Source: an uncultured Desulfobulbaceae bacterium
GTDB taxonomy: Bacteria > Desulfobacterota > Desulfobulbia > Desulfobulbales > Desulfobulbaceae
Length of the DNA: 64,000 nt
Direction of reading: 5' to 3'
Assembly: GCA_964626235.1 (NCBI GenBank)
Contig: CAZVDY010000067.1
Span: 13,539-77,538, forward strand
The translations under genes were made by a program, and so were the position numbers. Within the stretch, counting starts at the first letter, position 1, and the number at the start of each line of letters is the position of its first letter. Below the pieces are notes generated by a model. It did not search any database. It was not told where the DNA came from and saw only the letters and a list, made by a program, of their open reading frames with translations. Of this stretch, positions 52,581 through 61,923 are shown in pieces.

Positions 52581-52985
52581 ATGGGCGAGAAGGAACTGAC
52601 CGTGCAGGAAAAACAGGAAGTACAGCACAAGGGTGAAACCACCCGGCCGGAAAAATATTTTGTGCCGGCAGTGGATATATTCGAAACAGACAACGAGGTC
52701 ACCGTGGTGGCGGAAATGCCCGGCGTGGGCAGCAAGGGCGTGGATATCTCCCTCCAGGACGACGTCCTGACCATCAAGGGCAGCCCGGAACCGGAACCGG
52801 AGAGCGACGACCGGCGCATTCTGCTCCAGGAGTACGAAAGCGGCAACTACCTGCGCCGTTTCACCGTGGCCGAGACCATCGATCAGGACAAGATCGAGGC
52901 CTCCATGACCGACGGTCTGCTCAAGGTGGTCCTGCCCAAGGCGGCCCCGGCCAGACCGCGCAAGATCGAGGTCCAGGCCGGCTGA
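52581..52985 (+). CDS. Hsp20/alpha-crystallin small heat-shock protein (tandem paralog)
   Basis: PAVDIFETDNEVTVVAEMPGV..ISLQDDVLTIKG...GNYLRRFTV...DGLLKVVLPK. Confidence 0.9.
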   Translation: MGEKELTVQEKQEVQHKGETTRPEKYFVPAVDIFETDNEVTVVAEMPGVGSKGVDISLQDDVLTIKGSPEPEPESDDRRILLQEYESGNYLRRFTVAETIDQDKIEASMTDGLLKVVLPKAAPARPRKIEVQAG

Positions 52986-53012
52986 TCCGTTTACCGGCCG
53001 GTGGCCCGAGAC

Positions 53013-53058
53013 ATGGTGCAGGACGGCGGACCGCCTCTTCCTGCACCATCTTTTTTTT
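53013..53058 (+). terminator. Rho-independent terminator after the hsp20 pair
   Basis: 11-bp stem ATGGTGCAGGA/TCCTGCACCAT followed by C-T8. Confidence 0.85.
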
Positions 53059-53091
53059 GAAAGCCCTGCAACGGACCGGTCCCACAGATCC

Positions 53092-53937
53092 TCAGGGCGG
53101 GCCAGGCTCCCCCTTTTCGCCCGACAGGCTGCTGCCTGTTCCCGGGTGGACCGAACAGGCCTGGTTCGCGTACCCGACCAGGTCCGCCACCAGGGAGCCG
53201 ATCAGGATCTTCGACTCGATCCGCAGCGGTATGCGGCAGTGATCATCGCTGAGCCAGAAGACCGTGTCCCCCTCCTTGTCGTACAACCCCCGGAAATGCA
53301 TCACCGGCATCACCCCGATGGCCTGCATCGGCCCCCAGGGACTGTCCATGGTCTGCCGGCCCAGGAACCGGACAGCCACCAGGTGGCGCTTTCCGTCCAC
53401 AAAGGTGGGGACGATGGTTTCCCGGTCCAAGGCAGGCTGCAGAGCCCTGGTGATGAAAAAGGAAGAAAACTCGTTGTAGACCCTGCCGGCCACGCTGAAC
53501 CGTTCTTCGGGCTGATCGTTCTTCCGGTAGAGCACCAGGCCCCGCTCCTGCAGATACCTTGTCGATCTCCGGGTCTCGCTGCCCCATCCCTCCCGCTGCA
53601 GGACCCGGTACAGGCGGGGCAGCTTCGTGGGGCCGCTGACCAGGGTGGTAAAGGTATCGTCCACGGGATAAAAAAAATGAAACAGGCCGTAATCCGTCAC
53701 CCGGGCAAGGATCCTGTGCTCCCTGCCCTGCCGCTCCACCTCCAGGCGCAGGTCACCGATTTTGATGCCGCCGGACCAGGAAATGGAAAAATGAAGCAGC
53801 TCCTGGTCTGCAAAGATGGTGTCGAGAATGCGGCTGTCCACGACCAGGGCCGGTTCCCCACAGCGGGCCGGCGGAACGGAACAGACCGCCGCCAGGGTGA
53901 AACAGCAGAAAACCAGGAACAGTCTAGCCGGTCGCAA
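53092..53937 (-). CDS. DUF3108-like secreted protein
   Basis: Signal peptide. LLHFSISWSGGIKIGDLRLEV...YGLFHFFYPVDD fits the DUF3108 pattern as recalled. Confidence 0.6.
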   Translation of the reverse strand: MRPARLFLVFCCFTLAAVCSVPPARCGEPALVVDSRILDTIFADQELLHFSISWSGGIKIGDLRLEVERQGREHRILARVTDYGLFHFFYPVDDTFTTLVSGPTKLPRLYRVLQREGWGSETRRSTRYLQERGLVLYRKNDQPEERFSVAGRVYNEFSSFFITRALQPALDRETIVPTFVDGKRHLVAVRFLGRQTMDSPWGPMQAIGVMPVMHFRGLYDKEGDTVFWLSDDHCRIPLRIESKILIGSLVADLVGYANQACSVHPGTGSSLSGEKGEPGPP

Positions 53938-54778
53938 GGGAAAGCCAGGTCGCCAGGAACAGGGTCAGGGCGATGAAGCCGTTCATGGAGAAAAACGCCA
54001 CCTGGATCCTGCTCAGATCCCGGGGATTCACCACCAGGTGCTGGTAGAAGAGCGCTCCGGCGGTGAGAACGATGCCACCGTAGTAGAACCCGTTCAGGTG
54101 CATCTGCAGGCCGGTGAGCACAAAGAGGACAAAGGCCAGGGCATGGAAGAGAACAGCCAGCTGGAAGGCCCGTTTCCGCCCGAAAAACGCCGGCATGGAG
54201 TACAGGCCGCTCCGGCGGTCGAAATCTGCGTCCAGGCAGGCGTAGACACAGTCGAACCCGGCCACCCAGAAGAGCACTCCCAGGGAGAGCACCCAGGGAT
54301 AACCGCCCAGGGAGTCCGAGACCGCCACCCAGCCGCCCAGGGGAGAGAAGGCCAGGGCCAGGCCGAGAACCAGGTGGCAGAGCCAGGTAAACCGCTTGGT
54401 CAGGGAATAGACAAGGGTCAGGGCCAGGGCGAACGGGGCGATGAGCAGGGCTGTCCTGTTGAGCATGAAACAGGCAAGGAAGAACAGCAGGCCGGCCAGG
54501 ACGACCATGGTCCAGGACTCTGTCAGGCTCACCTGGCCCGACGGCAGGGCACGGCCCGCCGTCCGCGGGTTGGCTGCATCGAAACGCCGGTCCACGATAC
54601 GGTTGAACCCCATGGCACAGGTGCGGGCCCCCACCATGGCCACCACCACCCAGAAAAAGACCCGCAGGCCCGGCAGGCCGCCGGCCGCCAGAAAGGCCCC
54701 CATCAGGGCAAAGGGCATGGCGAACACCGTGTGTTTGAACTTGATCATCTCCAGAAGCACGGTGATCTTCTTCCACAT
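53924..54778 (-). CDS. mqnP: UbiA-family aromatic prenyltransferase (futalosine-pathway MqnP-type by context)
   Basis: Polytopic. Start MWKKITVLLEMIKFKHTVFAMPFAL, NRIVDRRFD (Asp-rich motif 1) and DADFD (motif 2). The start overlaps the ubiX stop by 1 nt. Confidence 0.75.
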   Translation of the reverse strand: MWKKITVLLEMIKFKHTVFAMPFALMGAFLAAGGLPGLRVFFWVVVAMVGARTCAMGFNRIVDRRFDAANPRTAGRALPSGQVSLTESWTMVVLAGLLFFLACFMLNRTALLIAPFALALTLVYSLTKRFTWLCHLVLGLALAFSPLGGWVAVSDSLGGYPWVLSLGVLFWVAGFDCVYACLDADFDRRSGLYSMPAFFGRKRAFQLAVLFHALAFVLFVLTGLQMHLNGFYYGGIVLTAGALFYQHLVVNPRDLSRIQVAFFSMNGFIALTLFLATWLSLATG

Positions 54779-55344
54779 CAGTCCAGTCCCTCCCACCGTT
54801 TCTGGTCCGGCACGTCGATGCCGAGCTGATTGCATATCCTGGCGGCCAGGTGATCGGCCATTTCCTGCAGGTCTGCCGGTTGCATGTAGAACGAAGGCAT
54901 CAGGGGATAGATGATGGCTCCTGCCTCGTGGAGGGCCAGCATGTTCCGCAGGTGGGTCCGGTTCAGCGGCGCCTCCCGCACAGCCAGCAGCAGTGGTTTG
55001 CGTTCCTTGAGCATCACGTCGGCGGCCCGGTGGATCAGGTTGCCGGAGTATCCGCAGGCCACTGCCCCCAGAGTGCCGGTGGTGCAGGGCAGGACGATCA
55101 TGGCCGCATAGCGGCTGGAGCCGGAGGCAGCCGGCGCGGTGAATTCCCTGAGCCCGTACCAGCGGGCGACTCCGGCCAGCTCCTCCGGCGCCACTCCCAG
55201 TTCAAGCTGCATCACCTGGCAGCCGGCCTCGGAGATGATTCCGTGCACCTCGACCCGCTGTTCCCTAAGCAGGTGCAGCAGCGAGGGCAGGTAGATCATG
55301 CCGGTGGCCCCGGTGACGGCGAGAAGGAGCTGGTTCCCGTTCAC
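54778..55344 (-). CDS. ubiX: flavin prenyltransferase UbiX family
   Basis: LAVTGATGMIY, PCTTGTLGAVA, about 188 aa. Confidence 0.85.
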   Translation of the reverse strand: MNGNQLLLAVTGATGMIYLPSLLHLLREQRVEVHGIISEAGCQVMQLELGVAPEELAGVARWYGLREFTAPAASGSSRYAAMIVLPCTTGTLGAVACGYSGNLIHRAADVMLKERKPLLLAVREAPLNRTHLRNMLALHEAGAIIYPLMPSFYMQPADLQEMADHLAARICNQLGIDVPDQKRWEGLD

Positions 55345-55346
55345 CG

Positions 55347-56054
55347 TTACCTGTCCCCCCTGTAGATTGAGACGATGCCGAAGGTCATGGGAATCCGCTC
55401 CACCCTGGTGAATCCCGCGTAGCGCATCATGGCCAGGAGGTCGGCCGGCTCGTAGAAGGCGGCGATGGAGGAGGCCAGGTATTCATAGGCCTCCTTGTCT
55501 CCGGAAACCAGTCCGGCCACCAGGGGAAGCACCCGGTGCAGGTAGAAGTTGTAGAGGGGCTTGATCACGGGATTGGTGGGCCGGGAAAACTCCAGGATGA
55601 GCAGCCTGCCGCCGGGCTTCAGTACCCGGTACATCTCGTTGAGGCCCTGCTGGGTGCGGGCCAGGTTACGGACCCCGAAGGCCACGGTGCAGCCCTGGAA
55701 ACAGTTGTCCGGCGCAGGGATCTGTTCCCCGTCGCCGCAGACCGGAAAGATCCGGTCCCGCCTGGGATCCATGGGCAGGGACCGTCTGCCGGTCCGCAGC
55801 ATGTCTTCACAGAAGTCGACCGCCAGGACCCGGCGCTTCTGCGCCTGCCTGGTCAGTTCCAGGGCCAGGGGAAGGGTGCCGGCGCACAGGTCCAGGACCG
55901 GTCCGTCTTCCAGGTCGGCCAGCATCCTGGTCGTCCGCCAGCGCCAGTACCGGTCGATCTGCAGGGACAGCAACGAGTTGAGCAGGTCGTAGCGGCCGCT
56001 GATGGAAGCGAACTTTTCCCGGACAAACTGTTTTTTCTCTTCAGGCTGCTGCAT
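55347..56054 (-). CDS. ubiE: demethylmenaquinone/ubiquinone C-methyltransferase
   Basis: VREKFASISGRYDLLNSLLSL, VLDLCAGTL (SAM motif I), FGVRN. Confidence 0.9.
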   Translation of the reverse strand: MQQPEEKKQFVREKFASISGRYDLLNSLLSLQIDRYWRWRTTRMLADLEDGPVLDLCAGTLPLALELTRQAQKRRVLAVDFCEDMLRTGRRSLPMDPRRDRIFPVCGDGEQIPAPDNCFQGCTVAFGVRNLARTQQGLNEMYRVLKPGGRLLILEFSRPTNPVIKPLYNFYLHRVLPLVAGLVSGDKEAYEYLASSIAAFYEPADLLAMMRYAGFTRVERIPMTFGIVSIYRGDR

Positions 56055-56075
56055 GGAACACCTGTCTGCTGTTGT

Positions 56076-56900
56076 TCAGGGCCATATCCTGAGGGGCAGT
56101 GCGTGCGGATCAGCCTCGCCCCGTCGGATCAGCAGGCTGAAAAACCGTTCCAGGGCCTGCTGCTTTGCATCGCCCAGATCGTACTCCATGGCCTGGAGAT
56201 AGCTCCGGCAGGCCCCCCAATTCATGGGAATGCGGTGGGCGACCTGCCTGCAGATCTCGTCCAGCCGGGCCAGCCCCTTCTGCCGGCAACCAAGCAAGGC
56301 CTGGTGGATGGCCCTGACATGCTGCTCATGGAGGCGGACAAATTCCTCCCGGACCGCAAAGACGGCAAAGACGAACGGCAGGCCGGTCTCTCGGTTCCAG
56401 AATTCCGCCAGGTCGAGCTGGTAGGGATACCGGTCCTCCATGGCCAGGTGGAGGGCCTCGTCGCCGATTGCCAGGACTCCGGCAGGCTGCGGGGACATCG
56501 CCGGGGCGCCGGTGATGTCCCCGCTGGCATAGTCGGGCCGCACGCCGAGAAACTCCTCCAGGATCAGCCTGAGGAGATAGACCGAGGTGTCGGACTGGCC
56601 GGTCATCAGAATCCGGCTTCCGTCGAGTTCTGTAGGCGGATGGTGGGAAAAGAGGAACACACTGCCCACCGGACCGGTGGCGCTGATGGACAGATCGGCC
56701 AGGATGTGGTAGCGGTCGGGCCGGGCCGCATACTCGTAAGAGGAGACAAAGCCCATGTCCAGCTCGTCGGCGGCCAGCATCCTGTTCAGGGTGGAGGGCG
56801 GCTGCTCGACGATATGCCAGTCAGGATTGCGCACCTCTTCCTTCCATATCTCGTAGATGGGTGCGGTATTGATGTAGTTGACCATCCCTATGCGGGCCAT
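56076..56900 (-). CDS. mqnA: chorismate dehydratase (futalosine pathway)
   Basis: MARIGMVNYINTAPIY N-terminus typical of MqnA. The track ORF's 5' extension to 57221 is G/R/P-rich and overlaps the upstream gene. Confidence 0.85.
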   Translation of the reverse strand: MARIGMVNYINTAPIYEIWKEEVRNPDWHIVEQPPSTLNRMLAADELDMGFVSSYEYAARPDRYHILADLSISATGPVGSVFLFSHHPPTELDGSRILMTGQSDTSVYLLRLILEEFLGVRPDYASGDITGAPAMSPQPAGVLAIGDEALHLAMEDRYPYQLDLAEFWNRETGLPFVFAVFAVREEFVRLHEQHVRAIHQALLGCRQKGLARLDEICRQVAHRIPMNWGACRSYLQAMEYDLGDAKQQALERFFSLLIRRGEADPHALPLRIWP

Positions 56901-58132
56901 GGTGTTTCCTCCAGCCAGCCAGTGGCGTCGTCCGGCACGCCGCTGACCAGGTATTCCATCACCTCCTGCTTCCGGTGAACAGGCTGTCCCAGCCTGACCG
57001 CGACCACTGCCGCTGTCCTGCCCGGGAGCAGGGAGCCGAACCTGTCTGCACACCCCAGGGCACCTGCCCCGCCCAGGGTGGCCATGGCCAGAATCGTTGC
57101 CGGCTCCACGCCGGGATGATCTTCGGCCAGCAGCCGCATCTCCCGCCACAGGGAGAGTTCCGGGTTGGAAGCCAGGCTGTCCGTACCCAGGGCCGGGAGT
57201 ATCCCGGCCTCCAGGAACCACGGCAGCGGGGCCCTGCCCACGGCCAGGAACCGGTTGGAACCTGGACAGAGACAGACTTTGGCGCCTGAGGCGGCCAGCA
57301 TGTCCACCTCCTGCCGCCGTACCTGCACACAGTGAACGCAGATGGTACGCTCGTCCAAGAGACCAAGATTCTGTAGATACTGTACAGAGCCGGAGTTGTC
57401 AATTCCGGTGGGCCGAAAAGAGCTGTCCCACAGGCCCCGGCTGACGAGAAAATCGCGGAACTCGCCTGTTCCGCCGGCAACCAGCTCGCATTCCGCTTCA
57501 GACTCGGCGACATGGATGGGAAAACAGTGGCCGAACCGGTCGGCCCGCCGCTTCAGGGCGGCCAGGAGCCGGGCATGGGTCGAATAGGGGGCATGGGCCG
57601 TGCACATCCGATCCTCATCCTGGCGGCCGAGGATGCTGATGTTTTGCATGAGATTATCTTCTGATATCCCTATAAACTCAAGAAAAGAATATATAACACC
57701 TGGAAAGTTGTCAGCCAGGGTGCAGCCCAGGTCCGTGTTGCCGATATCGGCCAGCAGGGCCACCCCGCCCAGCCACTGTCTTTTCGCCTCCCTGGCGGCC
57801 GGGCCGGCGCTGTCTGCCCTGTCTGCCTGGCGGCGGGCAGCCAGGAGGGAACCGATCCAGCCGGTGAAGCTCGGCGGCGGCTCGTCCTTGCCGAGATGGT
57901 GGAGGTGGGACAGTTCGAGATGGATGTGGGCATTGACCAGCCCGGGCACGAGCACGGTATCGGGATGATCGATCACCTCTGCTCCAGGGAAGGAACGTCG
58001 CAGGTCGCCAAACGGCGCCAGGCCGCAGATGGTGTTGTCGCGGACGGCCAGGCCGCCGTCCCGGATCGGCGGCGCAAGAACGGGAATCAGCCAGGGCGCG
58101 CGGTGCAGTCGGAGCCGGCCGTCCCTGTTCAT
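56888..58132 (-). CDS. amidohydrolase-superfamily deaminase (aminofutalosine deaminase candidate by context)
   Basis: LVPGLVNAHIHLELSHL (HxH metal site), HVAES, CVHCV. Lies between mqnA and mqnC. Confidence 0.65.
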   Translation of the reverse strand: MNRDGRLRLHRAPWLIPVLAPPIRDGGLAVRDNTICGLAPFGDLRRSFPGAEVIDHPDTVLVPGLVNAHIHLELSHLHHLGKDEPPPSFTGWIGSLLAARRQADRADSAGPAAREAKRQWLGGVALLADIGNTDLGCTLADNFPGVIYSFLEFIGISEDNLMQNISILGRQDEDRMCTAHAPYSTHARLLAALKRRADRFGHCFPIHVAESEAECELVAGGTGEFRDFLVSRGLWDSSFRPTGIDNSGSVQYLQNLGLLDERTICVHCVQVRRQEVDMLAASGAKVCLCPGSNRFLAVGRAPLPWFLEAGILPALGTDSLASNPELSLWREMRLLAEDHPGVEPATILAMATLGGAGALGCADRFGSLLPGRTAAVVAVRLGQPVHRKQEVMEYLVSGVPDDATGWLEETPWPA

Positions 58133-59190
58133 CAGACCGGGGTGTAGTCCATCAGTCGCTGCCTGGGCGTGAAGCCGGCATCCAGAACCAGACGCTGGAT
58201 CTCCTGCTCGGAGAGGCGGAAATGAACCCCGGCCGCTGCCACAACATTTTCCTCGATCATGGTGGAGCCGAAGTCATTGGCCCCGAAAAACAGGGAAAGC
58301 TGGGCGATTTTCGGCCCCTGGGTCACCCAGGAGGCCTGAATGTTCCGGAAGTTGTCCAGAAAGATCCGGCTGAGGGCCAGCATGCGCAGGTAGCCGATAC
58401 CGCTGGTCTTCTCGATGGCAGTACCGGCTGCCAGGGCGGTGTTGTCCGGCTGAAAGGGCCAGGGGATGAAGGCGGTGAACCCGCCGGTGCGGTCCTGCAG
58501 ATCGCGCAACCGCTGCAGATGTTCCAGCCGTTCCTCCATGGTCTCCACATGGCCGAACATCATGGTGGCCGTGGTGCGCATGCCCAGGTCGTGGGCCTCT
58601 GCCATCACCGCGATCCACTGGTCGGCAGAACACTTGCGGGGTGCCAGGATCTGCCGCACCCGGTCGGAAAGGATCTCGGCGCCGCCGCCGGGCATGGAGT
58701 CCAGGCCGGCGGCCATGAGCCGCTCGAGCACCTCCCTGGTGGACAGGGAAGAAATGGCGGCGAAATGACAGATCTCGGGCGGCGAGAACCCGTGGATGTG
58801 GATACCGGTCGCCTTCATGACCCGCAACATTTCCTCGTAGAACTCCAGGGGCTTGTCCGGATGCAGCCCTCCCTGGAGAAGGATCTGGGTCCCTCCCAGC
58901 TCCTGGGTCTCCCTGATCTTCCCGAGCAGCTCCTGGTGACTGAGCACCCTGCCCTGGTCGTCTTCCGGGGCCTTGAAGAATGCGCAGAATTTGCACGCCG
59001 ATATGCAGATATCGGTGTAGTTGATGTTTCTGTCGATGACGTAGGTGACCACCTGCTCCGGATGGAGCCGCCTGCGGATGGAATCGGCCATGAAGGCCAG
59101 TTCATGGAGATCGGCCTCTTCAGCCAGGCGCAGGAATTCCCGGCCGTCTATCCGGCCGCCGTCCAGGACCTTGGCAATGAGCTGCCGCAT
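58132..59190 (-). CDS. mqnC: cyclic dehypoxanthinyl futalosine synthase (radical SAM)
   Basis: VVTYVIDRNINYTDICISACKFCAF (CxxxCxxC). The DRNINYT context fits MqnC as recalled. Confidence 0.7.
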   Translation of the reverse strand: MRQLIAKVLDGGRIDGREFLRLAEEADLHELAFMADSIRRRLHPEQVVTYVIDRNINYTDICISACKFCAFFKAPEDDQGRVLSHQELLGKIRETQELGGTQILLQGGLHPDKPLEFYEEMLRVMKATGIHIHGFSPPEICHFAAISSLSTREVLERLMAAGLDSMPGGGAEILSDRVRQILAPRKCSADQWIAVMAEAHDLGMRTTATMMFGHVETMEERLEHLQRLRDLQDRTGGFTAFIPWPFQPDNTALAAGTAIEKTSGIGYLRMLALSRIFLDNFRNIQASWVTQGPKIAQLSLFFGANDFGSTMIEENVVAAAGVHFRLSEQEIQRLVLDAGFTPRQRLMDYTPV

Positions 59191-59191
59191 C

Positions 59192-60286
59192 TCAGTACGT
59201 CCTGAGGATGTTGTAGAGGGTATCGCGCTCCACCGGTTCGCGGCCCGCCTCCCGGATCAGCCGGATCAGGGTCTTGTGTCCCAGGGCCTGGGCGGTCTCG
59301 GCGCCGGCCATGTGGGTGATGACCTCCTCCTTGACCGTACCGTCCATGTCGTCGGCCCCGAACGCCAGCGCCACCTGGGCCAGCTTGGGACCGATCATCA
59401 CCCAGTAGGCCTTGATATGGGGAAAGTTGTCCAGCATGAGCCGGGCCACGGCAATGTTTTTCAGGTCATCCATGCCCGTTGTGCGGGCGTGCTCGGCCAT
59501 GGCCGTGTTCTTGGGATGGAAGGCCAGGGGGATATAGGCCAGAAATCCGCCGGTCTCGTCCTGGAGGTTGCGCAGGGCCTCCAGGTGTTCCAGCCGTTCG
59601 TCGATGGTTTCGATGTGGCCGTACAGGAGGGTGGCATTGGTGTGCAGGCCGTGTTCATGGGCCGTTCTGGCCACCTGCAGCCAGCCCTCTCCGGAGAGCT
59701 TCCGCTCGCAGGTGATCCGGCGGATACGGGGACTGAAGACCTCGGCCCCGCCGCCCGGAATGGATCCAAGCCCTGCCTGCTTGAGCTCCTCCAGGGTCTC
59801 GCCGACCGATTTTCCAGCCAGTTCGGCCAGGTGATGAATCTCCACGCAGGTAAAGGCCTGGATATGAACATCCGGCCTGATCTCCCTGATGGCCTGCAGG
59901 GCATCCAGGTAATAGGTGTAGGGCAGGTCCGGGTGGATGCCGCCCACCATGTGGATCTCGGTTATGGGCTCGTCCAGCCGCTCCCGCACCTTGGCGCGAA
60001 TGTCGTCGATGGACATCTCGTAGGCCTGGGCATGTCCCTTTTCCTTGCCAAAGGCGCAGAACTTGCAAAGGTTGGTGCAGACGTTGGAATAGTTGATGTG
60101 CTGGTTGTAGATGAAGTAGGCCTGGTTGCCGTTTTTCCTTTCCCTGACGATGTTGGCCATGTAACCCAGGGCCAGGATGTCGGTGCTCCGGAAAAGGCGT
60201 CTGCCGTCTTCGAGACTGAGTCGTTCACCGGCCCTGACCTTGGCGAGGATGTCGCCGAGCCCGGCCTGTTCAACAAGTGCGTCCAT
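59192..60286 (-). CDS. mqnE: aminofutalosine synthase (radical SAM)
   Basis: YFIYNQHINYSNVCTNLCKFCAF. The NxHIN context fits MqnE as recalled. Paralogous to the downstream gene. Confidence 0.7.
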   Translation of the reverse strand: MDALVEQAGLGDILAKVRAGERLSLEDGRRLFRSTDILALGYMANIVRERKNGNQAYFIYNQHINYSNVCTNLCKFCAFGKEKGHAQAYEMSIDDIRAKVRERLDEPITEIHMVGGIHPDLPYTYYLDALQAIREIRPDVHIQAFTCVEIHHLAELAGKSVGETLEELKQAGLGSIPGGGAEVFSPRIRRITCERKLSGEGWLQVARTAHEHGLHTNATLLYGHIETIDERLEHLEALRNLQDETGGFLAYIPLAFHPKNTAMAEHARTTGMDDLKNIAVARLMLDNFPHIKAYWVMIGPKLAQVALAFGADDMDGTVKEEVITHMAGAETAQALGHKTLIRLIREAGREPVERDTLYNILRTY

Positions 60287-60322
60287 GGGTAATCCAGGGA
60301 AAAGGGGGAAACCGGGGAAGGA

Positions 60323-61642
60323 TCAGTCCAGGAAGAAACGCAGCCGTTCGCGCCTGCTGGAATGCCGCAGCCGGTTGAGGGCCTTTTTTTCTATCTGGCG
60401 GATACGTTCCCTGGAGACGTTGAACCGCTTGCCGATCTCCTCCAGAGTGTATTCCGCCTTTTCTCCAATGCCGAAACGCAGCCTGATGATCTTCTCTTCC
60501 CGCTCGGTCAGGGTCGAGAGGACCTCGGTGACGCGATTGGCCAGCTCCCTGTTCTGGACCGCGTCATAAGGCGACTCAGACTCCTGGTTTTCCAGGAAGT
60601 CGCCCAGGGTCGAGTCATCGTCCCCCACCGGCGTCTCCAGGGAAATGGGTTCGCGGGACGCCTCCAGGATGGCCAGGATCTTGTCCATGGGCAGGTCGGT
60701 CATCTTGGAGATCTCCACCGGCGTGGGCTCGCGGCCGAGTTCCTTGAGCAGGGAATAGAAGGCCTTGAAGAACTGGCTGCGCAGCTCCAGGAAATGGACC
60801 GGCAGCCGGATGGTTCTGGTCTTGTCCAGGATGGCCCTGGTGATGGCCTGCCGGATCCACCAGGAGGCATAGGTGGAAAACTTGTTGCCCTTCTTGTAGT
60901 CGAAGCGGAACACGGCCCGCATCAGGCCCAGGTTGCCCTCCTGGATCAGGTCGGCCAGAGTGAGCCCCTGGTGCATGTACCGCTTGGCAATGGAGACCAC
61001 CAGCCGCAGGTTGGCCCGGATCATGGCGTCCTTGGCCGCCTCGATGGACCGGTTGTAGGCCTCCAGCTTGGTGTGCAGCTCGAACAGTTCCCGCTTGTCG
61101 CGATGTTTGCGGGTCGCCATGGCCACGCAATGGCGCATGTAGTTGAGCTGCTGTTTCTTGGGCTTCAGGGACGGGTCCCGCTTCTGCCAGAGATCGATCC
61201 GCTCCACCAGCATCCTGATCTCCTCGGTGCCGGACCTGTCGGCACGGATGGCCGCGATGATGGCGTCGAATCCCTCCCTGATGGTCTTGGAGTACCGGGC
61301 TTCCTCCTCGGGCGTCAACAGGTCGAACTGCCCCATTTCCCGCAGGTAGGTGGTGGTCGTCTCTTCGCTATCGTGCTCTTCGGCTTCGGGAAGAGGCTCG
61401 CAGACCACGTCCTCCTCCCCCTCCTTCTTGCCGGTCCACTCTTCACCGGAAAGGGTTTTTTTCTTGCCGGATTCCTCCTGGGTCACGATCTCGATGTTGT
61501 GCTCGCCGAGAAAATCGAATACCTCTTCGATGGCCCCGGGATCCTTGACATCTTCGGGCAATAGCTCGTTAAGATGTTGAAATGTGATGCATCCCTCGCT
61601 CTTTCCAGCCTTGAGAAGGTCGTTCTTGATACTTGTCAGCAC
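60323..61642 (-). CDS. rpoD: RpoD-family (group 1/2) sigma-70 factor, short 439-aa form
   Basis: Regions 1.2-4.2 are recognisable: [58 protein letters not shown]. Confidence 0.8.
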   Translation of the reverse strand: MLTSIKNDLLKAGKSEGCITFQHLNELLPEDVKDPGAIEEVFDFLGEHNIEIVTQEESGKKKTLSGEEWTGKKEGEEDVVCEPLPEAEEHDSEETTTTYLREMGQFDLLTPEEEARYSKTIREGFDAIIAAIRADRSGTEEIRMLVERIDLWQKRDPSLKPKKQQLNYMRHCVAMATRKHRDKRELFELHTKLEAYNRSIEAAKDAMIRANLRLVVSIAKRYMHQGLTLADLIQEGNLGLMRAVFRFDYKKGNKFSTYASWWIRQAITRAILDKTRTIRLPVHFLELRSQFFKAFYSLLKELGREPTPVEISKMTDLPMDKILAILEASREPISLETPVGDDDSTLGDFLENQESESPYDAVQNRELANRVTEVLSTLTEREEKIIRLRFGIGEKAEYTLEEIGKRFNVSRERIRQIEKKALNRLRHSSRRERLRFFLD

Positions 61643-61923
61643 CTGCCTTCCACCCCCGAAAATTCAGTTATAATGTGCTGAGCGCAGTCCGCTCCATTAT
61701 ACTCGTGAAATACAAATTTTAATGCACAACGGCAAAAAATGCAAACAAAGAGTTTTCCGCTCCTCTGTAATGGAGTAAATACACTGTGGGTATGGGGATC
61801 ACGATTATCGGCTGCAGGCCCTGTCCGGGCAGCAGCCCGGGACCTGCCTTGCATCGTCTGTTTCGACATGGTGAGTGCAGTCTATCACCTGCAACAAAGT
61901 CAATTCAAGAAAAAGGATACGCG

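Noticed and set aside
51827-52846. 339-aa minus-strand ORF covering the hsp20 region.
   Set aside because: It is antisense to two textbook alpha-crystallin genes that have their own SD sequences and terminator, and its translation is S/P/G-rich.
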